A stretch of DNA of 53,808 nt, counting the filler, from Sphacelaria rigidula (taxonomy: Eukaryota), in NCBI GenBank assembly GCA_964200075.2. It is 4 parts of 4 records of this genome, joined end to end, with 100 filler letters (N's around TTAATTAATTAA, not from the genome) between each part and the next. Parts side by side here need not be neighbours in the genome. Positions count along the whole stretch, not along the records: positions 1 to 13,378 come from CAXNAA020002924.1; positions 13,479 to 26,856 come from CAXNAA020002925.1; 2 more parts are not named here. One strand, given 5' to 3'. Positions 11,470 to 21,683 of the stretch are shown here, piece after piece. The notes beneath the pieces are model-generated. The model saw only the letters and a list, made by a program, of their open reading frames with translations. It was not told the DNA's origin and made no database searches. Numbering within the stretch: the stretch's first letter is position 1; the number at the start of each line of letters is the position of its first letter. The translations under genes were made by a program, and so were the position numbers.

Positions 11470-13378
11470 TATCAGGATTATCATCGACCACGGATTCTCA
11501 CGACCAAAATCTGTTGATCAGACCCGCGTGAGTTCACGGCTGTCCACGAATGCTTCGTTGACTGACATCCACGCACCCTTGCGCGACGGACACAGTACTC
11601 ACCGTGCCCTTCCGCCCCATCCTGATTCTGCCACTGTGCGTGCGGTGGGACGACAAATCGCAGATCTCCGTCGATACCTGCGATCTGCTTCCATCATGGC
11701 TGACGCCCCGGCACCTTCGACTACCGCTCCCATCGCAGCCCCTACACCTACTGCGGCTGCAGACATCGATACGGATGCAAAAAGCACCCGTGTGACGCCC
11801 TCCGCCCCCCGCGCGGTGACAACTGCGGCTCCCGTCACGGCGGATCAGGGTGACACCCCTGTCACGGCCGCTCCGGCGGGACCGGATCCTTTGCCGCAAG
11901 ATACTCCGGCCACGAGTTTGGCTCCGGCGCCTGCACCAGATGCTTTCACGGACGACGGCCTCCTGTTGGGCGACGAGCATTGCCCGCCAGGCCTTCCTCC
12001 CCGACTCTGGTTGCGTATACCCCGCTCCGATCAGGAGCAGATTGTCGAGGAATACGGCACCCTGCACCCGGCCACGCACCCTGCGCCACCCTCACCCCGC
12101 CAAACGGTGGATCACGCTGGCCATTGTCTTCTCCATGATGACCTCTCGGCACGTCTAACGTGCCAACGACAGGCGGTCGATTCGGCGACCAGCCGCCAGC
12201 GGGCGGCTCAACGGACTCTAACTGAACGCCTCGCTGCGTTCGACCAGATGCGCGACTTCATTCGACGCGATGAACATCGTTTGCGTCAATGCACCACGGC
12301 CACGGAGACTGCCATCACGGCTCTACGCTCTCTAGAACAGGAGCAACACCTTCCTCTTCTGAGGACCACGCCGAGCGAGCCAGCGCCTGAACCTTCTGCC
12401 GCCATTTCCGGCTCGACGGAAGCATGCCAGCCCTCACGCCCACACGCTGCTGCTGCGGCTCCTACCGCCTCGCCTGCGCGCACCCCGCCATCGCCACCGC
12501 AGGACCTTCAAGACTCGGCGCCCCCTCCCCTCACACCTTGTCTCCGCCTTCAGGGCAGCGAACGGTTTTGGCTTTCGTGGACGCTACGCCAAATCTCGGG
12601 AAAGTACAACCGCAAGAACGTTCTCCGCGCCTCCGAGGAGGCTTGACGCTCGCTTACTCTGCCGATCAACAGCTTGATCGTCCCTTTCCTTCAGCAAGGG
12701 GGACACCTGCCTAATAACGACCCGGGCGCTCTCACTATCGAATGACTTGTACTGTACCTAACGATCGGTACCGGGGACAGTCGCCCCGCTTATGAGACCG
12801 CCGTCGCCATCCTCTTCGCTGCTACGCGTGCAGCTCATTACACGCTGTCGCCCGACGATGATGGGGCCTGGATCACACCCCACCCCCCTCGCCACCGTCG
12901 TGATGATGACGACGCTGACGACGACACTCCCGGGGCCGCACCACGCCGTGGTCAAGGGGCCCACCGCAACAACAACAACGGTCGACGCACAACCCAGGGC
13001 AGCCACAAACGGTCTGGTAATCAGTCTTCAAGTTCATCGACTGCCAGGCACCGCCAACACGCCTCAACGCGATCCGCACGGCCCTCACCGGCCGTCAGGC
13101 AGCTAACGCCCCCTTTGACGGCTGCGTCTGCTCTCCTCCTAGGTCTTACTGATAGTGATAGTGACAATTCGGCTCGCCCATTGTCTTCTACCTCGGCTCG
13201 GTCACTAGCTGCCGCCGCCGCAGCCAAACAACAAGCTGCTGCTGATAAAGCCGCTGCAATCAAGCGTGAGTACTTACAGATGGATGTCAAGAAACTTTGG
13301 CATATCAAAACTATGCCTGCTGCAGACAATGAGGACTCTGGTCAGTTTGCATCCGCTCTCATTTCCTCAATGCGTCGA
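11470..13378 (+). pseudogene. Pro/Ala-rich and coiled-coil ORF remnants, probably the 5' ORF/gag of a second LTR element
   Basis: Long ORF 11360-12646 (low complexity, coiled-coil-like QRAAQRTLTERL..) and ORF from 13115 (AAIKREYLQMDVKKLW..) downstream of the candidate PBS; composition similar to element A. No diagnostic motif seen. Confidence 0.35.
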
Positions 13379-13478
13379 NNNNNNNNNNNNNNNNNNNNNN
13401 NNNNNNNNNNNNNNNNNNNNNNTTAATTAATTAANNNNNNNNNNNNNNNNNNNNNNNNNNNNNNNNNNNNNNNNNNNN
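13379..13478. other. Artificial spacer N44-TTAATTAATTAA-N44
   Basis: All-frame stop linker in Ns, repeated identically three times at ~13.48-kb intervals. Confidence 0.97.
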
Positions 13479-14654
13479 TCCCCTATCGTAGGATGACTCC
13501 CATACAGAACACTATATTCGTGAGATTTGGAGTGTAACATCGAATTTAGAGTTAGACCCGAAACAATTGACTTTCCCGTCGATTTTGACATTGCCACAGT
13601 TGGAGGAGTAATGCGCCCAGCTGGTGAAGCGGTGCTTCAATAAAAGCTGTCACCTACATGATCAATTTGACACATCACTTGATCGCAACGGCGTAGTCAG
13701 TCCATTGCAACAAAAGATCCCCTCTTTGAGAAAAAACCAATTAGTTCCTGAAACAGTTTCACTTCCAAAATGCCCCTCCAGGCGTAAAAATGCTTTGTGC
13801 GGTATCTCACCGACCAGACCGCCGAACTCCTCGAATGGGGTACTGTACGGTAGCTGCATGCACAGGGCATGTGCTCAAGCAAAAAAAAACAAATTGCCTG
13901 TAAGGAACGCTAGAGTATCCACTCTGAATCCGATTATATGACGCTCTGAATCTCACGATTATGGTGTTACAGCCCGATCACTTATTTCTCCCATTCCGCT
14001 AGACGAGTGTTCCGTAATCCTGCTTTCCCTTAAGCCCGTTACTAGAATTCCAGGAACTTTACAATGCTACATCAAACTGTTCATCCAGGTAATACTGTAC
14101 GAATCTCATCAATCGATATCAGCTACTGTCTGCGTACTAATCAATAACTGGCTATGACTGTTTTCACTGTTTCAGTTATGACGAACACAACAGTAACTGT
14201 TCATTCACTGCAACACTGTTTTGTACCATGTATTCTTAACGTGACTACGATATATGTGTGCAACGAATGAGTGAACGATTCAACATCGGCTATAAATCCG
14301 CTCCCCTCTTTTTCGTCAGCGTCGCTTTTTGCGAGTATAAATTTACATTCAAACTATAATAACTGGACAGTTTTGAACCAGGTATCGCGGTTATTTTTTC
14401 ACATGACACCAGGAAAACTCATCACGCCGAGGGAAGAAAAACGGGTTTTCGAAACGGTCGAGGCAACTAGATATTACACTTGGTAGACAGATTCGGTCAC
14501 GAACAAAACGGGTTTCGACACAGACAGTCTCAAACATTGTATATTCTTTCGTCCCTGCGGTTATTTTAACCCATGGCGTCTTCCATGCCTCTCCATGATT
14601 GAGGAGAAAACGGACCGTTTCTATACGCGTCTCGCTCGTCTGTAAAAACCCTGG

Positions 14655-15025
14655 GACTGAGGGGGGGTGTTACGGATCGCGGCGTGGCGCGGTGGATGGA
14701 GATAGTACACGGGTGGCCACTGGGGTCTGTAACCTGGCCATTTTGGGACCTCATCCACATTTGGTGAGGTCCGCGGGTTAGGTGGACAACTGAAGAGCAT
14801 TCGCACAGCATGGACAAGTTCGAAACAAAGCATGTTCCAGTCTACAGGGGAGTCACCCGCCTATAGACTGGGACATGTTTTGTTTCGATCCTGTCCATGC
14901 TGTGCGAATGCTCTTCAGTTGTCTACCCAACCCGCGGACTTTGCTAAAGGTGGATAAGGTCTCAAAATGGCCAGGTTACAGACCCCAGTGGCCACCCGTG
15001 TACGATGATGGGCCATCGGTTTCAA
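14655..15025 (+). repeat. PPT and 5' part of an LTR of the Gypsy B family, interrupted by a MITE
   Basis: GACTGAGGGGGGG|TGTTACGGATCGCGGCGTGGCG (LTR start 14668) matches the starts at 18682(+) and 19397(-). Homology resumes after 15002 (CGATGATGGGCCATCGGTTTCAA). Confidence 0.85.
14708..15000. mobile_element. Hairpin MITE, 293 bp, TA target-site duplication (Tc1/mariner-type signature)
   Basis: CACGGGTGGCCACTGGGGTCTGTAACC...GGTTACAGACCCCAGTGGCCACCCGTG with ~140-nt imperfect inverted arms and TA on both sides. The empty site GATAGTACGATGGTGGG is visible in the sister LTR near 19350-19365(-). Confidence 0.92.
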
Positions 15026-16963
15026 CGCTTGATTTTGAGCTTGCTGTGCCCTGTCAAAAATTGGAGATACCCTACACCATGCTGCCCGACTCAAACTTTT
15101 CATTTACTGTACTGTATGTTGCTGTTGAATTGACATGAAAGCGGACCATCTGCTCTGTGTGCGTCCCGTCACTCAACATGAGTTATGCTTAACGCTTGCA
15201 CAGTGCACGATCCAGGCCGATACCCCATCTTCCTACAACCTGATGCGGCGCACTGTTATCATTTGAATGCTACCAGTTATCCTTCATCATTATCCTACAT
15301 CAATCGTGCCTTACTGTTCGATGAGATATTACCTCATGTCGCTAAAACCCGACCCGCCACTTGAGCCAACTTTTCGGCCACTATGCATTGAGTACGCCCT
15401 ATACACATTGTCATATGAATGCGGCGGGGTTTTAGATGATGTGATAGATGATCTCCCTTACGCCTTAAAAAAAATTTGCCCTCACGGGTGAGTGCACAGG
15501 ATCGAAATGTGAAAGCCGATCGTGCAAGGAGCTGTGAGATGAGACAGCTTGATGCTTGCTTTATACACCACATCACGGTTGACGCCAATATGAAATGATT
15601 TTCCACACCACTTTGCTGTATTCTTGGATGCCATAACTGCTGTACGCCCGAGTTCTGCTGTGTAACACAGCTGCTCAGTTTGACTACAGGCTCTGATTTC
15701 GCCGTGTGATGAGACAACGCCATGCTTGCTTTATAGCCGTGACAGGTCAGATCTTGTCGTGTAGACCTGATTGAGTAGAGCCACGGTGGATACTAGGATT
15801 GCATGACTCTCCACACTGCTTTGCTAAATAATTCCATGCAACAGCTGCTGTGTGCTTTCTACTGTGTGATGCAGCTGAAAGGAGCAACACAACACGAGTT
15901 TGCAGTCTGATACAGCTAAAATGGAATCACGCTATCCTGCTCCACATATACTCAAACTCGACAAGACCCGCTGGATGAAGAAAATCGTTTGTGTCTTCGC
16001 ACATTGGGTTGGATGTCACCCTTCGGTTTTACCACATGCTACCATTTTATTTATTGTAATGCTGTTACAATATGGCTATGCGGGATGATGGTACTGACCG
16101 TTTACGGCCTGCACCATCTCCTCGATGAAATCGTTGACTTTGTACTCAGTGTAACAGTGCATGAGTAGTGTGCTTTCACTGTGGGAACAAAACTGTTCCG
16201 AATCACCATCGAATATCAAATATCGGACTATGCATGCGGAAGAACCTCTGCCGTGTACTGTTTATTCGAGTCTATTTACTGTGGGGAAACGTGAGGTAGT
16301 GATGGCCGTGTCGCCTGAGTGAAACTACTGAACGCGATATCAACCAGCAGATGAGAGTTAACGAACTGCCTGTGGAAGAAATACACAGGAGCTATCGAGA
16401 TGTTGTCGGCTACAACTAGTACCGAGTACAGCATATGCTTTTAGGAACGCGAACCACATACTAGAGTATCTCATGCATGATCACGGATGCAACGGTGGAA
16501 GAATGTCATTGTTACTCTATACTTCACTAATTCACAAAAAAACTGCTTGTGTGACCGTAATGTCAAATTGGTTGTGCATACATGCTACCAGGTACGGTAC
16601 TATGTAAGCCGATTAGCCGTGAACGGAAATGGCGAGGCTTAAATTAACGAAAGATGGAGTATCTACCCTACCCCCTGATCAGGGGGGCAAACCATTAATG
16701 CTCGAAATACTTTATTTGTCATGGAAAATGGATGTAACCTCTGCGTGGTTCCCCCTGTTTGATCGTTTGCGCCCTTGGTAGATATCTTCAAAAAGTGCAT
16801 ACGAGCTATGCATGCGTAAAACAAATGGAGAGTTATGTGAAGTTGTATGAACCATATATATATATATATACATATGCTTGCACCATACAGCGAACAAGCA
16901 GGATTTGATTGCATACAAAAAAATGGGCGAGGACGAAGGCTCAAGATGTCAAGACCGTGCTTG

Positions 16964-17425
16964 TTCGAACAAGTTGACAAGGAGTCAGGATTTCCGATGT
17001 GTTTTCGAACAGGCTGACAGGGGGCCAGGAGTTTTCCATACGTGTTCGAACACGTTGCCACGGATCCAGGATTTCCCATGTGTTTTCGGACAGGTTGACA
17101 GGGGGCCAAGTGTTTCCCATGCGCGTTCGAAGAGGTTGACAGGTGGCCAGGAGTTTTTCCATGCGCGTGCGAACAAGTTGACAGGGATCCAGGATTTCCC
17201 ATGTGTTTTCGAACAGGTTGACCGGGAGCCAGGATTTCCCATGTGTTTTCGAACAGGTTGACAGGGGGTCAGGAGTTTCCCATGCGCGTGCGAACAGTTT
17301 GACAGGGATCCAGAATCTCCCATGTGTTTTCAAACAGGTTGACAGGGGGCCAGGAGTTTCCCATGCGTGTTCGAACAGGTTGACAGGGGAGCAAGAATTT
17401 TCTCATGTGTTTTCGAACAGGTTGG
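16964..17425. repeat. Minisatellite, ~40-42-nt unit, ~11 copies
   Basis: Consensus TTCGAACAGGTTGACAGGGGGCCAGGAGTTTCCCATGCGTG repeated head-to-tail with no unique spacers. Confidence 0.95.
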
Positions 17426-17619
17426 CATGGAGCCACAATTCCCTTGGGATTCTATAAAACTAGAGTTGGCTGTCCCCGACACGTGATACCCTGTCCAAAT
17501 GCACACGCGTGAACCTGTTTTGTCCGGTTATATTGCTGCTCCCTTTGTTTCCCTTCCCCTTTATTTTTTTGTTCGCTATCGTTATACTGGTGAAGCGCGA
17601 ACACCGTTTTAGCCGAAGC

Positions 17620-19008
17620 GAGTAGGAACGATGCACAGCAGCTGTGGGTACAAGCTGAAGTTTGGCACCACAGCAAGAGTAGCCACCGCTCACCAGTAAC
17701 GGTGTTACTGGGCACCGGGGCAGGGGGGGGGAGCTATGCATCGAAACAGTCGTGAAGGTTGTTGGTAACGTGGGGTAATATAGCAAATAAGTTGCAATGG
17801 CAGGGAGTAGGAATTTTGAGGTCCACTAAGCCTAGTAACAGTAAGATACCTCAGATGAAAATTCTAGGGTCAGCGGTAATTCATATTCTTTTTCGCACAA
17901 AGGATAGGTTAATAAAGGTATGGATCCGGGTGGTCCATGGACTACCGTATGCATTTATTCCGGCAGCGAGTTTCTTCAGGAAAAACAAGAGCACGTTATC
18001 TTTCGAAGGGGGATCGGGATTGTGGCCTTCGCCGGAGGCGCCGTGAGTCCGGTGCGTGTCTAACAATCCCCCAAACTCGGAGCTGTTGACACCGACCACC
18101 TCACCAGCCGAGGAGATTCGGGAACTTTGAACCTTTTCCGTGCTGTCAAGCCAAGCACCGCTTGGTGACGACTCGACAGTAAGGTTGTCTGGTCGGAGCG
18201 AACTGGCAGCATCGAATGAAGTGTGGAAAAGCCTTGGAGTGGCGCGGCAGGACGATGCTACGCTGCAGTCGCTGCTGCATCCCACGGAAGACGGCGGTCA
18301 ACAAGAGCAAGGACTTCTCCGGACGGGATGGGATCGTTTCTGTACGGTGTTTAAATTCCCTACGTGGTCTAACCCGGCAGAAAGATCTATAAGAGCGGCA
18401 GTTGCCGAGAATGTTTGAGATTGTTCTGCACGGTATTTAAATTCCTTACGTGGTCTAACCCGGCAGAGCGATCAACAAGATCAAGGACACCCCGGGCGGG
18501 ATAGGATCATTCCTGCGCGGTGTTGAAATGCCCTACGCGGTCTAACCCAGCAGAACGGTTATTAAGATAGACGGCTACACCAAGACGCCGAGTACTCGGG
18601 AAGAAGTACATGGTATCGCGACGACCCATCGTGTGAACGACGTTCAGTCTCAGGGTTTTCAATCCTAGGACTGAGGGGGAGTGTTACGGATCGCGGCGTG
18701 GCGTGGTGGATAAGGACAGTAGGATGATGAGCCCTCGGTTTCAAAATGACATTGCGCCCGGAGGGCTAGAATAGTGTGGGCCAGTTGTGTTGTCGTAGTG
18801 GGCGCTTCTATTGGGTAAGCCGAGTACTCGAGCGAAGCAACAACAGAATTTCAGCCACCCAAGCTACGAAGTTTCATCCACTCATGTATATACATCTTAC
18901 CCTTACTATATAATTCCACTTTTCACCATTCTGAGTGTGCACTGGTTCATTTTTACTATCATGTCGACCTTCATGCATCTGCTCGCTGTCTAAATCAACC
19001 TCGTTACA
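17620..19008 (+). mobile_element. Internally deleted derivative of the Gypsy B family (protease region joined to 3' UTR, PPT and LTR)
   Basis: 17620-18293 matches 24735-25410 in reverse (VLLGTGAGGG vs VLLDTGAGG). 18335-18681 matches the B 3' UTR. PPT at 18669-18681. LTR TGTTACG..CGTTACA at 18682-19008. Confidence 0.85.
18682..19008 (+). repeat. LTR (~327 bp)
   Basis: Starts with TG right after the PPT and ends CGTTACA, an imperfect inverted repeat of TGTTACG. First ~85 nt are shared with the B LTR. Confidence 0.65.
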
Positions 19009-19020
19009 GTCTCGTCGTTA

Positions 19021-19397
19021 TGTCTGAAACAAGAGTAAGCTCATAGCACGTGGGAAAGTCCAACGCAGAACGATACACGACGAACGTCACGATATCTCGA
19101 TCACGGCTTCAGGTCGATTCGGTTTCTCTTTTCCCACTTGGTGGGGTTTAACTTGGCACTTCCAAGAAGTGAGCCCCAGGGTGCTGGTCGAGTCGATCCT
19201 TGTAAAGAACCGGATCCAACCAGATGTAAAGAGGCATGTTTATGCATGCCGTCTTTTGACGGATTACACCGCCTTCACCCCTGATCACGGTATTATCCAG
19301 TTCGCGCAATCAGCCCTCCGGGCGTAGTGTCGTTTTGAAACCGACGGCCCACCATCGTACTATCTCCATCCACCACGCCACGCCGCGATCCATAACA
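19021..19397 (-). repeat. 3' LTR of element B (start 19397 firm, end tentative)
   Basis: PPT GACTGAGGGGGGG (19398-19410) is followed by TGTTATGGATCGCGGCG; candidate CA end at 19021. Confidence 0.6.
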
Positions 19398-19724
19398 CCC
19401 CCCCTCAGTCCTAGGATTGAAAAACCGTGAGACTGAACGTGATTTACACGATGGATCGCCGCGATACCATGTCCCTCTTCCCGAGTACTCGGTGTCTTGG
19501 TGTAGCCGTCGATCTTGATAACCGTTCTGCTGGTTAGACCGCGTAGGGTACTTCAATACCGCACAGGAACGATTCTATTCCGCCCGGGGGGGGTCCGCTG
19601 TCTCGTTGACCGCTCTGCCGGGTTAGACCACGTAGGGAATTTAAACACCGTGCAGAAACGGTCTCTTTTCTCCATCAGTGAGGCCCCGAAACTGTTCCGG
19701 TATCCTGCCCATTCACCGTATATT

Positions 19725-19870
19725 TTCGCACCTCCAACGGCGTCATCTCTTGCCAATCTCCATCCTCATACTTGATACGGTAATACGGCTGACGGAAATC
19801 GAACACCCCCCCGTCGAACTCCTGCTGCTCACCTTGGTTGTCTACAAACCGTTTGTGGATTTTAATTCCT
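19725..19870 (-). other. Tudor-like domain at the Pol C-terminus (element B)
   Basis: Manual read-through past the stops at 20071 and ~19885 gives GIKIHKRFVDNQGEQQEFDGGVFDFRQPYYRIKYEDGDWQEMTPLEV, matching the Tudor pattern G..I.K.F....F.G.V.......Y.I.YEDGD.EE...E. Confidence 0.75.
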
Positions 19871-20070
19871 CGAGGAATCTGTCGTCAAGCTTCATCCCGA
19901 GCAATATAGTCTATTTCCGCTCGAGATGACGTAACAGATGGGCGTGGTTTGGCTTGCGGGTGATATAGTTCCCACAACGCATGAAACACGTCCAGCTGCA
20001 ACCCAGTGAAACTGTCCAACACTTCCTCCTCAGAAAGCCAATGCGATTCAGCTCCGTCATAAAATAACCC

Positions 20071-21330
20071 TCAATAGGCCCACTCCCATGACGATCCTGA
20101 TCCTAGCATCACTTTCCTATCTGTCAACGTGTACAGTTGTGGGACGGCCTTGATCTCCTCAGCCAAACCCAGATCGGCCCCCCATGCCAGCTGAGAGTAC
20201 TCGCCCGGAAACGGGTGTCGCAGCTGTTCAGGGCGCACATGAAATTTCTTCACATTGAATCCCGACACCGTCCGTTCTCGTACTTTGCGTCCCTGCATAC
20301 TGACCTTAAGGCTGAGACCGGGTATCACCACTTGCTGCACTGTCCATGGTCCCGTCCACAAGTCGTGCACTAGTTTAGTCGGCACATCCTCGTGTACAAG
20401 GGAGCTGTCGGACTCCTTTACTAACATCAGATCCCCTACCTGAGCTCGCGACCTCACCGACTGGCGACTCAGCTCGGCATTTCTAGCCGATCTTACCTCT
20501 TCTCTTCGCTTGTGACGTTGGGTCAGCGGCTCGTGAACTTCCTTCAGGTTTTGGCGTTGTTGTTCCACCGTGTTGTTCAACGATGGGGACTCCGCTTCAG
20601 GTGACACAGCGTCTATTTGGGTGCGTGGCTCGCGCCCAAAAAGCAGCTTGAATGGAGTCGGGTTATTAGGCAACGAAGGATCGAGAGTAGTACGGTGAAT
20701 CCACACAGCGGGGTCTACGTACTCATCCCACCTTTTCGACCATTGCTTACAAAGCTCGGCCAAAACGTCGTGCAACCATCCTCCGTACCTCTCTACCGCG
20801 CCCTGACCGCGAGGGTGCTCTGCCGGACCATGATCCAGCTTCACCTTCATTCACTGGCATACGTGGTTCACTACCTCCGACGTGCACTCCCCCCCAGCGT
20901 CACTCCTCAAAACGTAGGGTACCCCAAACGTCAGGAAGAGCTTCAGCAGACATTTCGATACGGGTACCGTGAGCTTGGCAGCCAATGGGGAAGCAAAGAG
21001 AAACTTGGTTGCTCGATCCACGATGATCAACAAGTACCTGTTGCCCGAGGCGAAAACCTGCTTCATGTCCGATTTGTCCATCTCTAACACCTCCCACTCT
21101 CGCAGAAATCGGGCAGGCCGCATCGCTAGGGTGTGACTGTTGGTACGCTTGCGTCGACGACATCCACAAACTAACACGTATTTGCGAGTATCGGCGAAAA
21201 GACCAGGCCATTCGTACCGTGCGTTGACTACTGCAGTGGCTTCATTACTCCAGCGTGCCCATGCGTAGTGTGCACCCACGCCAGCAGCCCTGGCACTAGG
21301 CTGCGTGGGATAGTCAACTTGGCTGGTTCC
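20071..21330 (-). pseudogene. pol: Integrase (element B)
   Basis: VHTTHGHAGV..RYEWPGL..CGCRRRK; EVLEMD; IVDRATKF; LRSDAGGE; HPRGQGAVER; TPFKLLFGR; KLVHDLWTGPW. Confidence 0.93.
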
Positions 21331-21683
21331 TTAGGGGAGGTGTACCATAGAAGATTATTCTCATCTAGCACGTACGCATCCCGCCTCTTCCTAACTCCTT
21401 CATCCTTAGGCTCCTTTCTCAACCTATCCTTGATGGGTCCCAGACGGAAGTCCCGCTCTTGTAATAAAACGACTTGTGATTTGTCCATCAGGATCGCCCG
21501 CGCTTGTTCGAGAACGGTTCTAGGGTTACCTTCACCTGGTACTGGTTCCTCAGCCGAGGCCTCCCCCCCACCAGAGTCCTGGTCCGACTTATGTTCCGCT
21601 TCGGGAGCCGACGAGCGAGTTACTGCGGCTCCCCAAGTCTCTGGCAACTCAGTCTCATGCGGCAATATCTCCGCTAGCGCACT

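Noticed and set aside
13379-13478. TTAATTAATTAA as a biological motif, and synteny across the gaps
   Set aside because: Identical linker at equal intervals (also 26857 and 40333) indicates artificial concatenation.
16964-17425. CRISPR-like regular repeats
   Set aside because: Units are contiguous with no unique spacers, there are no cas genes, and the context is eukaryotic; this is a minisatellite.
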